This document shows, piece by piece, positions 46,601 through 55,019 of a stretch of 64,000 bases of DNA. Below the pieces are notes generated by a model. That model worked only from the letters and a program-made list of their open reading frames with translations. It did not search any database and was not told the origin of the DNA. The position numbers and the translations under genes are program-made. The first letter of the stretch is position 1; each line of letters opens with the position of its first letter. The stretch spans positions 99 through 64,098 of the forward strand of contig JBJELW010000066.1 of NCBI GenBank assembly GCA_051879315.1. Direction: 5' to 3'. Source of the DNA: Roseburia sp. (GTDB lineage: Bacteria > Bacillota > Clostridia > Lachnospirales > Lachnospiraceae).

Positions 46601-49011
46601 TCTATCAGTGGAACGAATCCACACAGCAGTATACTGTGCTCAACAATGGAAGCTATGTGACATATCCCAATTATACGGTTTCGGGGCTTCAGCCGGGGAC
46701 GCAGTATAAATTCTGTGTCAAGGCCTTTATCAGCAATTGGCAAAGCGGAACCAGGAAACTTATCGAATCGGCGGATTCGGTGGTGACGAGTTCTACGTTT
46801 GATTTTATACCAATCAGTTCTCTGAAGTGTGGTTCCAATCCCATTGACCAGTTGACTGTCAATGGAACCAAGCAGGTAGTCATCACCTATGGGCCGGCTA
46901 ATGCCGATGATAAGACATTGTCCTGTCGTGTGGAGAATGAGAGCATTGCGGAGGTGACGGCGCTGGATGCGGTTTCCTCTCCGGCCAATTCTTATTTGTG
47001 TACCATTCGAGGGAAACAGGTGGGGATTACCAAGTTGGTAATCACAGCCAACGATGCGAAACAGTATTCCGTGTCCATACCTTTAGGTGTTTTGGATGAT
47101 AGTTTCAAAATAACAAAAGATAGGTTGGACATAACTGCTTCCTACCGGAAAGTAAATGTTTCTTTTCAGGGATTAGCCCCGCAATACGAAGAACAGATTG
47201 ACGGTTATATGGTGCGAAGGGCAACGGGGTATGTATATCAGGATGTGGCATTTATTCCTAAGGATGCCACAACCACTGACTATCACTATGTGCAGACAGA
47301 GAATTTAGTTGATGGAACTACATATCGCTATACGGTTGTGGCGGTGCTTAAGGATGAAAATAATTATTATCGGATGTATGATTCGGAATCATGTGCTATT
47401 AGTATTACCATGCCTTATGCAACAAAAATTACCGGAATAGCCACCGACAAGTCTGTGTACAACATTCCTCAGGGGACAACCACTGCAATTAACGCAACCT
47501 ACAGCCCCTCCAATGCAGACGTGAGCCAGCTTGTTTTTACTTCCTTTGATTCCCGGATTGCTGCACTGCAAGGTGCGAGTGGCAATACCCGTACTATCGT
47601 TGGAAATAAGGTGGGCTCCACCCGTGTGGAAGTGGCGGCAGCAGACAATTCCAATACAAAGGCTTATGCCACAGTTGTGGTTTCACCTTCTGCGGTGCAG
47701 GGAGTTACGGTTAGTCCATTGACGGATTCAGTGAGCCTTTCCTGGACGGCGGCGGATGGGGCTGACGGATATTATATCTACCGCTATAATGACGCGACCA
47801 CAGCCTGGGATCTTGTGGGAGATACTACAGATACCTGCTATTCTGATGTGGGGCTGAATCCGGATACTTTGTACTATTATAAAGTGGCAGGGTATGTAGT
47901 AGCCGACGGAACGAAGTATGCAGGCAATACCAGTGCACAGGTGACTACCATGACCATGAATGGAGAGTTTGACATCGCGATGCAGGGATATACGGGAACC
48001 TATGACGGACTTTCGCATCCTGCAGTGATCGTTCAGGGTCAGGTGTCAGAGGGGGAATCGTTGGAATTCAGCGAGGATCTGACCAACTGGAGCAGTGCTA
48101 TACCTACGGTACAGAACGTCAGTGACAGCAAAACTATCTATGTTAGAAAGATTAAAGCAGACGGATATACCTGCATGTCATCCGTGGTAGCAAGGATTGA
48201 AAAGGCGGCGGTAGCGCCAAATATACCGGATAGTTCCATATCCGTGGAAAACAAGTTTACCACAGTGGGAGCAGTATCTTTGCCTGCTGGATGGATCTGG
48301 CAGGCGGGCCAGGGGGAGATTGCCATTCCTCAGGGGGACAGCGTAATGGCAGTGGCGGCTTATGATGGCGGCGATAAAGGCAATTATAACGTGGAGACAG
48401 TTGAAATCACCGTCAGCCGTGCAGCCTGCAACCCTATCAATTATGTGACGAAAGATGCATATGCAGCCACCTGTGAACTGGCGGGATATACCGGCGATCT
48501 GGTATGTTCGGAATGCGGAGAAGTCAAGGAATCAGGAACGGAAATTTCGGCATTGGGACATAGCTGGGATGAAGGGGTAGTGACAATAGAATCCACTGCC
48601 ACAGCAGAAGGAGAAAAACTGTACACCTGCAGTCGATGCGGTGCACAGTCCACGGAGGCAATCCCTGCCACAGGGGTGATACCTGAACAGGCAAAGGGAG
48701 AGTCGGGTAGTTCCCGACGCGATACACCTGTTGTAACCCAATCTGCATCCGGCTCCGATGACGAGACAGCTCTGACAGAACAAAATTTAACGGATGAGAA
48801 TCCGGAAGAGACGATGGAGGAAGAGCAAATGTCAGAGGAAGAATCTATTCCGACAGATAACACTCCGGATGAAGGAATGCAGGATGAAAACATAGAGAAT
48901 ACGAAAAAATCCGGCAATCTAGGGAAAAAGGTAATGGTATTCGTTATAATTCTGGCGGTTGGTGTTGGGATGGTTAAAATTGTGTTATTGATGCGAAACA
49001 AGAATCGTTAG
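43660..49011 (+). CDS. 1783-aa surface protein: signal peptide, pectate-lyase-3-like beta-helix, Ig-like (Big_2) and FN3 domains, CxxC repeats, acidic stalk, C-terminal TM
   Basis: SVKQLGATGDG.T....AI...VYIPAGEY; Asn-ladder repeats; WSSSDPTVATVSESG; LTWDSV..GYYIY; hydrophobic C-terminus plus RNKNR. Confidence 0.85.
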   Translation: MKKSLLKCLSGLVAVALIISIFALKTNRENAEGSDGVTNTVTLASTAVYKNMDYTFLRSFDYGSMKSEDVSATFETVEDMKNCQDGRMVSGNLVKTLGYYENGDGGGAIYKLTTSSNVAGAVELSCGLYAVIQVDTKVIDGLTWGIVSVKQLGATGDGVTPDNAAIGNAAIVASQAAGTSEIDRAIVYIPAGEYRCTDKIGFGVTNVNIVGEGDESVLFTDNGYREDSGYSEFFIEVWGGRDSYFADFRVEAREIDLYHYMRQFVVVYSQDIYVKNVNLIVPQEAYSAYYYEDKQYSNFCCYSGNKNVTVDGCHMEQMSGTYRGANIGILDIWSSGEENIVVMNCELYGNARDEQIGVFSTSNSSAYVHNVEFINNEVYFYQPKYVDVVGNATMRVTVAYNDSNFVDNIRFAGNHFVAECDSKFMTFGAVTNCVVEDNIIEIYCTYRTWSMVFDSGNSDSKNIMIKNNEFFITTDCNTGKGNLTGGKLTLEGNRIFADTDLAFGVLGEYINKNTFITLDGICKLANSPYEFNYNKAYIYGGFGSDGVSSNSFLTITDAKTDQKIKVIGNEIYDYKRYDSLQSPFQCMVMVNSDFDTLQFEGNKYLLPNTRFLKTQASWNTKTEQGYYDAFLFRYRSGSCNNMTITGNTLQGIQINTSSSVANYTIENNQYLEAADVDYNAPLVSRVEITRGGAPVTEITTTDSTVDLSAVFYVEQEDGTETVKSNQDYVWYSSVESMATVSDSGRVTRKQYGEVHIYAVPLDGSTKYGEVVIHFEEAKASQIVINKSTLNLQPNYRMYADYVVFPEKKASQDLIWSSSDPTVATVSESGLIQAVNLGSAIITCRTLDGSNLQGQITVNVTRLTVKRITLSESYVELDYSDINSYHQLSVASYYPSNAENTDEPGEWESSDESIVTVDQKGLVHIVGNGVATVRRYSSDKQCYGYCTFYIQPPAVENLTASATNNSVKLTWDSVDNIYGYYIYQWNESTQQYTVLNNGSYVTYPNYTVSGLQPGTQYKFCVKAFISNWQSGTRKLIESADSVVTSSTFDFIPISSLKCGSNPIDQLTVNGTKQVVITYGPANADDKTLSCRVENESIAEVTALDAVSSPANSYLCTIRGKQVGITKLVITANDAKQYSVSIPLGVLDDSFKITKDRLDITASYRKVNVSFQGLAPQYEEQIDGYMVRRATGYVYQDVAFIPKDATTTDYHYVQTENLVDGTTYRYTVVAVLKDENNYYRMYDSESCAISITMPYATKITGIATDKSVYNIPQGTTTAINATYSPSNADVSQLVFTSFDSRIAALQGASGNTRTIVGNKVGSTRVEVAAADNSNTKAYATVVVSPSAVQGVTVSPLTDSVSLSWTAADGADGYYIYRYNDATTAWDLVGDTTDTCYSDVGLNPDTLYYYKVAGYVVADGTKYAGNTSAQVTTMTMNGEFDIAMQGYTGTYDGLSHPAVIVQGQVSEGESLEFSEDLTNWSSAIPTVQNVSDSKTIYVRKIKADGYTCMSSVVARIEKAAVAPNIPDSSISVENKFTTVGAVSLPAGWIWQAGQGEIAIPQGDSVMAVAAYDGGDKGNYNVETVEITVSRAACNPINYVTKDAYAATCELAGYTGDLVCSECGEVKESGTEISALGHSWDEGVVTIESTATAEGEKLYTCSRCGAQSTEAIPATGVIPEQAKGESGSSRRDTPVVTQSASGSDDETALTEQNLTDENPEETMEEEQMSEEESIPTDNTPDEGMQDENIENTKKSGNLGKKVMVFVIILAVGVGMVKIVLLMRNKNR

Positions 49012-49037
49012 TCAGCAGGAAAAGAAAAAGGTGAAAA

Positions 49038-50123
49038 ATGAAGAAAAATATTTTGATTGTTGATGATTCTGCACTCATGAGAAGAGTAATATGTGATATA
49101 ATAAACACATCTAGTGATTTCCAGGTGTCGGATGTATGCCGGGACGGTTTGGAAGCATACGAAAAGCTTAAGGTCAAAACCTATGATGCAGTGCTTTTGG
49201 ACATCAACATGCCGCAGCTTGACGGGCTGCAGCTCCTGGAAAAGCTAAAACAAGAAAATATAAAAGCAACCGTGATCATTGTCAGTTCTCTTTCCAACAG
49301 AGATGCGAAGGTGACATTGCTGGCGATCGAGCGTGGTGCATTGGATTTTGTCACTAAGCCGGAAAATATCATCGAGGCTAAGGGTGAGAATTTTCGTTCA
49401 AACATCCTTCGGGTGCTGGATGCAGTGTGCAATAAGCCAAAGCATTCTGCAGAGACCGCGGTCAGAAGCAAACAGACACTGCCGGAGCGAAAGACTTCGA
49501 AAGCCGGAAAGGCTCACGGTGACAAGCTGGTGGCGTTGGCCTGTTCTACGGGTGGTCCAAAGGCTCTACAACAGGTAATTCCTTTTCTGGATCCGAATCT
49601 GGATGCACCTATGTTGGTGGTGCAGCATATGCCCGCAGGATTTACGAAGTCCATGTCAGAACGATTGAATGAATTGAGTCCTATCCGGGTGCGGGAAGCG
49701 CAGGATGGGGATGTTCTGGAGAAGGGGGTCGTCTATGTGGCACCCGGCGGGAAGCATCTGAGGATTCAGCAGACTTCGACAGGCAAACACCGTGTTGTTC
49801 TGGGGGACGAACCGGCCATTGGAGGATTAAAACCCTGCGCGGACGTGATGTATGAGTCTCTGAAGGAATGTGGCTTCGGTGAAATCACCTGCGTGGTATT
49901 AACCGGGATGGGGGCAGACGGTACAAAGGGGATTGTTTCTTTGTCTCATCGTGTACCGATATATGTAATTGCCCAGGACGCCTCCAGCTGTGTGGTGTAT
50001 GGGATGCCCCGGTCCATAGCTGAGGCGGGTATGGTTGATGAAATTGCTCCGTTGGATCAGGTTGCGAAAGCGATTCTAAAGAATGTGGGGGTAAGCAAAA
50101 ATGGACGTAAGTCAATATCTTGA
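49038..50123 (+). CDS. cheB: chemotaxis methylesterase CheB
   Basis: REC domain plus CSTGGP, VQHMP, LTGMGADG. Confidence 0.96.
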   Translation: MKKNILIVDDSALMRRVICDIINTSSDFQVSDVCRDGLEAYEKLKVKTYDAVLLDINMPQLDGLQLLEKLKQENIKATVIIVSSLSNRDAKVTLLAIERGALDFVTKPENIIEAKGENFRSNILRVLDAVCNKPKHSAETAVRSKQTLPERKTSKAGKAHGDKLVALACSTGGPKALQQVIPFLDPNLDAPMLVVQHMPAGFTKSMSERLNELSPIRVREAQDGDVLEKGVVYVAPGGKHLRIQQTSTGKHRVVLGDEPAIGGLKPCADVMYESLKECGFGEITCVVLTGMGADGTKGIVSLSHRVPIYVIAQDASSCVVYGMPRSIAEAGMVDEIAPLDQVAKAILKNVGVSKNGRKSIS

Positions 50124-52182
50124 GATTTTTATTGATGAAACCAATGAACACATCCAGAGCCTGAGTGATTGCATTATGACTCTGGAGAATGAGCCGGAGA
50201 ATAAGGATACGATTAATGAGATTTTCCGTGCAGCACATTCCCTGAAGGGTATGGCGGGTACCATGGGATTTAAGAGGATGCAGCATCTGACCCATGATAT
50301 GGAGAACGTATTTCAGGAAGTAAGAAGTGACAAGGTAAAGGTCAGCAGTGAGATGATCGATATCCTGTTTCAGTGTCTGGATGCCATCGAGGGATATCTG
50401 GAGAATATAAAGAGCACTTCCGATGAGGGCACCGAAGACAATGAGGCATTGATTGCAGGCTTGAACCAGTTCCTGGCTCAGGCAGAAGGCGCGGCGGAAG
50501 CACCGAAGCAAAAAGAAGCTCCAAAGGAAGAAAAGAAGGAAGAACCTGCGGAAGCATCCATTGAGAAAAAGTTTTTGAACATTGAATTTTCAGAGAATGA
50601 TAAGGAAGCTATCCGTTCTGCGGCAGAGAATGGCGGTAAAGTGTATGGTGTCACCGTTACAGTACAGAAGGAATGTCTGTTGAAAGCAGCTCGTGCGTTT
50701 CTGGTGTTCAAGGCTATAGAAGAACTGGGCCAGATTATTATATACAGCCCCAGTTCACAGGATATTGAGGACGAACGGTTTGAATTGGATTTCTCCCTTT
50801 ACATTTCGTCTGAGAATCCTTTGGACAAGATCATTGCTGCCATTAAGAATGTGTCCGAGATTGAAGATGCAGTGGGCGAAGAGGTGACCTATGAATCACT
50901 GTTTGGTGCAAAAGAAGAAAGTGTTTCTGACGTGCCGGCAGTATCAGACAAAAATGAGGCTGCACAGACTACCAAGGAAAATAAGCCGGCTGCGAAACCA
51001 AAGACTGCCGGAAAGCCGGTGGCAAATCGGACTGTCCGCGTGGATATTGAGAAACTGGATGCTTTGATGAATCAGGTCAGCGAGCTGATCATTGCCAAGA
51101 ACAGTTTGGTGTCCATCAGTTCTCAGGAGGGTAATGATTTCAAAAATCAGACCTTTACAGAGCAGATTGAATACTTAGAGCGGATCACTACCACTTTGCA
51201 TGAGTCTGTCATGAAGGTGCGAATGGTTCCTATTGAGAGTGTGGTCAGCAAATTCCCGCGTATGATCCGTGATTTGTCCAGACAGCTGGATAAGAAGATG
51301 GAATTACATATGACCGGTGAAGATACCGAGCTGGATCGTACCGTGGTGGATCAGATTGGGGATCCGTTGCAGCATTTGTTGCGTAACTCAGCAGACCATG
51401 GATTGGAGAGCGCAGAGGTTCGTGCCCAGCGCGGCAAGCCTGAGGTGGGATCCATTAACTTAAATGCATATCAGGAAGGAAATAACGTTATCATTGAAGT
51501 AAGTGACGATGGTAATGGTATCGATACAGAGAGTGTCAAGAACAAAGCTATTGAGCGTGGATTGGTGACACCGGAACAGGCAGAGAAACTTAGCCAGAAG
51601 GACATCATCAGTTTCCTGTTTATGCCTAGTTTTTCCATGGCAAAAAAGATCACAGATATTTCCGGAAGAGGTGTTGGCCTGGATGTGGTAAAGTCCAATA
51701 TCGAAGCCTTGGGCGGAGATGTAGAGGTGGACAGCAAGCTGGGTGTTGGCTCTAAATTTACCGTCAGACTGCCTCTGACTCTTGCTATTATTCAGGCACT
51801 GATGGTGGAAATCCGGGATGAGAAGTATGCCATCGCACTGGGATCCATCGAGACCATTGAGGATCTGCCTGCGACAGAGATTAAGTATGTGGAGGCCCGG
51901 GAGGTAATCAATCTTCGTGGAATGGTAATCCCCATTGTGCGGCTGGATCAGGTGCTGGACAGTGCACCGGCAGAGGAGGAGCCTGAGAGCATCACGGTAG
52001 TCATCGTGCGCAAGGGCGATCGTCTGGCAGGTCTTGTGGTGGACGATCTCATTGGACAGCAGGAGATTGTTATCAAGTCTTTAGGAAAATATATCAACAA
52101 CAACAATAAGACCATCAGCGGCGCCACCATCTTAGGTGACGGTGAAGTGGCTCTGATCATTGATGTAAATACATTATTCTAA
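50101..52182 (+). CDS. cheA: chemotaxis histidine kinase CheA
   Basis: FRAAHSLKG, HLLRNSADHG, SGRGVGLDVV, CheW domain. Confidence 0.97.
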   Translation: MDVSQYLEIFIDETNEHIQSLSDCIMTLENEPENKDTINEIFRAAHSLKGMAGTMGFKRMQHLTHDMENVFQEVRSDKVKVSSEMIDILFQCLDAIEGYLENIKSTSDEGTEDNEALIAGLNQFLAQAEGAAEAPKQKEAPKEEKKEEPAEASIEKKFLNIEFSENDKEAIRSAAENGGKVYGVTVTVQKECLLKAARAFLVFKAIEELGQIIIYSPSSQDIEDERFELDFSLYISSENPLDKIIAAIKNVSEIEDAVGEEVTYESLFGAKEESVSDVPAVSDKNEAAQTTKENKPAAKPKTAGKPVANRTVRVDIEKLDALMNQVSELIIAKNSLVSISSQEGNDFKNQTFTEQIEYLERITTTLHESVMKVRMVPIESVVSKFPRMIRDLSRQLDKKMELHMTGEDTELDRTVVDQIGDPLQHLLRNSADHGLESAEVRAQRGKPEVGSINLNAYQEGNNVIIEVSDDGNGIDTESVKNKAIERGLVTPEQAEKLSQKDIISFLFMPSFSMAKKITDISGRGVGLDVVKSNIEALGGDVEVDSKLGVGSKFTVRLPLTLAIIQALMVEIRDEKYAIALGSIETIEDLPATEIKYVEAREVINLRGMVIPIVRLDQVLDSAPAEEEPESITVVIVRKGDRLAGLVVDDLIGQQEIVIKSLGKYINNNNKTISGATILGDGEVALIIDVNTLF

Positions 52183-52197
52183 CAGGGGGTGCGCATA

Positions 52198-52662
52198 ATG
52201 GATACAAGTATTGAAACAACATCAAATATTACAAAACAGTACATTGTGGTTAAAATCGGAAATGAGCAGTATGGAATCGATATCGGATATGTTGATAATA
52301 TTGTTCGTATGCAGGCCATTACCCGCGTGCCGAAATCTCAGGTCTATTTTAAAGGAATCATCAATCTTCGTGGGGAGATTGTGCCTATTATGAGCATCCG
52401 TGTTCGTATGGGGCTGGAGGACGATGTGTTTACAAATGCCAGCAGAATCATCATCCTGAAGCTGGAACAGCAGGGTGAGCTGGGAATCATCGTGGATGAA
52501 GTAAAAGAGGTAGTTACACTGAGCATTGACAAGATTGAGCATGTAAAGATGAATGGGCAGGAAAGCCGGGAAAGTTTCATCAATGGAATTGGAAAAAATG
52601 GTGACGAACTGATTTCCTTATTGGATTTGGGTTCCATTATCGACGAATCCGAAAATGCTTAA
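52198..52662 (+). CDS. cheW: chemotaxis coupling protein CheW
   Basis: ITRVP...KGIINLRGEIVP, GIIVDEV. Confidence 0.95.
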   Translation: MDTSIETTSNITKQYIVVKIGNEQYGIDIGYVDNIVRMQAITRVPKSQVYFKGIINLRGEIVPIMSIRVRMGLEDDVFTNASRIIILKLEQQGELGIIVDEVKEVVTLSIDKIEHVKMNGQESRESFINGIGKNGDELISLLDLGSIIDESENA

Positions 52663-52674
52663 TATGAAACATGG

Positions 52675-52701
52675 ATATAGTGAGGCTATGCCTCACTATA
52701 T
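52675..52701 (+). other. 12-bp perfect hairpin between cheW and cheC (attenuator or mRNA stabiliser)
   Basis: ATATAGTGAGGC-TAT-GCCTCACTATAT. Confidence 0.6.
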
Positions 52702-52754
52702 TCTGTCTAATATGAATATGCCGCTGTCAGGAAGCGGAGACAGGAGGAAATGCG

Positions 52755-53375
52755 GTGTCTGAATATACTTTGAACGATGTCAACAGTATGTATTTTGATG
52801 TTTTAAAAGAGATTGGAAATATAGGTGCAGGCAATGCAACTACTGCCATGGCGAACATGCTAAATGTTAAGATCAACATGGAAGTGCCCAGAGTGGAGTT
52901 GCTTGGATTTCAGGAATTGGGTTCGGCAATCTGCCCGGAGGATCAGGCGATAGTAGGCATTTATCTGGAGGTTACGGAGGATATTTCCGGTAGTATGATG
53001 TTTTTGATGACCATGGAGTCAGCTCATTACCTGGTGAATCGTCTGATGGGACGGGATTCATCCTATCAGGAGGAGTTTGACGAGATGGATATGTCAGCAC
53101 TGAAGGAAATCGGCAATATTATAGCCGGCTCTTATCTGAATGCGTTATCATCCATGACAAATCTGGTGATTGCACCATCAGTTCCGTATATTGCCATTGA
53201 TATGGCGGCAGCCATTTTAAGTGTTCCGGCAATCCAGTTTGGGCAGTATGGAGATAATGCGTTGCTGATTACCACGGAGTTTGGCGATGATGTGACGATC
53301 GAAGGATATTTTATTCTTTTACCGGAATTAGAATCATACGATAAGATATTGAAGTCCTTGGGGATATGTATATAG
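52755..53375 (+). CDS. cheC: CheY-P phosphatase CheC
   Basis: two EIGN motifs. Confidence 0.93.
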   Translation: MSEYTLNDVNSMYFDVLKEIGNIGAGNATTAMANMLNVKINMEVPRVELLGFQELGSAICPEDQAIVGIYLEVTEDISGSMMFLMTMESAHYLVNRLMGRDSSYQEEFDEMDMSALKEIGNIIAGSYLNALSSMTNLVIAPSVPYIAIDMAAAILSVPAIQFGQYGDNALLITTEFGDDVTIEGYFILLPELESYDKILKSLGICI

Positions 53376-53390
53376 GAGAGATACGGAGTA

Positions 53391-53876
53391 ATGGGTGAAG
53401 TAGTGAAGGTTGGTATGGCAGATCTGAATGTTTGCAAAGCGCCGGATGTCCTTGTCACTCTCGGATTGGGATCCTGTATTGGTATTGCAATTTATGATCC
53501 GGTGCCGAAGATTGGCGGTTTGGCTCATATCATGTTGCCTGACAGCACGAAAATGAAAAACAATTCAAATATTGCGAAATTTGCAGATACCGGAATAGCG
53601 GAATTGGTGCGCCGGATGGAAGATGCAGGTGCGTCCAGACGACGTATGGTGGCCAAGATAGCAGGCGGAGCCAAAATGTTCGAGGTCAGCGGTAAATCAG
53701 ATGTGGGAAGTATCGGCGAAAAAAATGCTATCTCTTCGAAGGAAACGCTGCAAAAGCTGGGGATTCCCTTGGTGGCGGAAGATACCGGATTGAATTATGG
53801 TCGTACGGTGGAACTGCATTGTGATACAGGGGATTTTCTGATCAAGTCCGTTGGAAAACCGGAAAAGATCATATAG
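53391..53876 (+). CDS. cheD: receptor deamidase CheD
   Basis: TLGLGSC, GGLAHIMLP, KIAGGA.MF. Confidence 0.95.
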   Translation: MGEVVKVGMADLNVCKAPDVLVTLGLGSCIGIAIYDPVPKIGGLAHIMLPDSTKMKNNSNIAKFADTGIAELVRRMEDAGASRRRMVAKIAGGAKMFEVSGKSDVGSIGEKNAISSKETLQKLGIPLVAEDTGLNYGRTVELHCDTGDFLIKSVGKPEKII

Positions 53877-53886
53877 GGGGAATGGC

Positions 53887-54189
53887 ATGAAGACGAAGGC
53901 AATTCCTGCTATTGTGATGCTGATAGCGGGATTTATTTCATGTGTAATCAGTATTTATAAGGGACAGGATTTTCTTACATTTGCCAAAAGTTTAATATTA
54001 GTAATGCTGATATTTTATGTCATAGGGGGAATCGCGGCATTACTCATTCAAAAGAGTATTTTGGCAGCAAAAGAAGAGAATAAGGAACAGTCAGAGGAGA
54101 CTGAGGGAGACGAAAAAACCGAGGAAAACGATACCAATACAGAAAATGCGACCAAGTCGGAAAAAGAGACTAAGACAGGAAAAGGATAA
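53887..54189 (+). CDS. small membrane protein (2 TM, acidic tail)
   Basis: hydrophobic N-half; slot between cheD and fliA. Confidence 0.7.
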   Translation: MKTKAIPAIVMLIAGFISCVISIYKGQDFLTFAKSLILVMLIFYVIGGIAALLIQKSILAAKEENKEQSEETEGDEKTEENDTNTENATKSEKETKTGKG

Positions 54190-54203
54190 AACCGGAGGCT
54201 TAA

Positions 54204-54974
54204 ATGAAGAAGGTCACAAAGGAAAAACTCTGGGAGATGTATGCCCAAAAGCCATCACCGGAGATCAGAGAACAGATTATAATTGAATATGCTCCTTTGG
54301 TGAAACTGGTGGCCGGCAGACTCAGTATGTATTTGGGATATAATGTGGAATATGACGATCTGGTCAGTTACGGGGTGTTCGGACTGATCGACGCAATTGA
54401 TAAATTCGATGCCGGAAAGGATGTAAAGTTTGAAACTTACGCCAGTCTGCGTATCCGGGGTGCGATTTTGGATCAGATCCGGAAAATGGATTGGATTCCA
54501 CGAACCGTGCGTCAGAAACAGAAAAAAATTGATGAAGCCATCAAAAATATTGAGATGAGAACCGGAAAAACTGCATCCGATGAAGAGGTGGCCAGTGAGC
54601 TGGGCGTGTCGGACGATGAATATCTGAACTGGCAGTCCCAATTAAAGATTACCAACGTGGTTTCACTTAACGAGTTTGTGGACCAGGGAATGGAACCGGT
54701 GATGGATGCCCGCAACAATTCCCATTTTGTGCAGCCGGAGGATGCGGTTGCCAAGGAGGAACTGAAACAGGTACTGGAAGAGACCATGGACACGCTTACG
54801 GAAAAGGAGCGGAAAGTGATTCTGCTGTACTATTACGAAGAATTGACGTTGAAGGAAATCAGTAAGATACTGGAGGTTTCCGAATCGAGAATCTCCCAGT
54901 TACATACAAAGGCTCTTATGAAAATGAAAAAGAAAATGGGGGCATACATGGAAATACTGGTGGACGAAGGATAA
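54204..54974 (+). CDS. fliA: FliA/SigD/WhiG family sigma factor
   Basis: KFETYASLRIRGAILD.IRK.DW.PR, VSESRISQLH. Confidence 0.95.
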   Translation: MKKVTKEKLWEMYAQKPSPEIREQIIIEYAPLVKLVAGRLSMYLGYNVEYDDLVSYGVFGLIDAIDKFDAGKDVKFETYASLRIRGAILDQIRKMDWIPRTVRQKQKKIDEAIKNIEMRTGKTASDEEVASELGVSDDEYLNWQSQLKITNVVSLNEFVDQGMEPVMDARNNSHFVQPEDAVAKEELKQVLEETMDTLTEKERKVILLYYYEELTLKEISKILEVSESRISQLHTKALMKMKKKMGAYMEILVDEG

Positions 54975-55019
54975 AGAATGCCGCAGGCCGAGGAGGTTTG
55001 CAGACAGGAGGAAACATTC

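Noticed and set aside
48661-48675. IPATG as a sortase signal in the giant protein
   Set aside because: lies about 85 residues before the TM segment, at the end of a Cys repeat; sortase motifs directly precede the TM
43660-49011. prophage or transposon carrying the beta-helix gene
   Set aside because: no integrase, transposase, phage structural genes or terminal inverted repeats; the protein has a signal peptide and TM anchor
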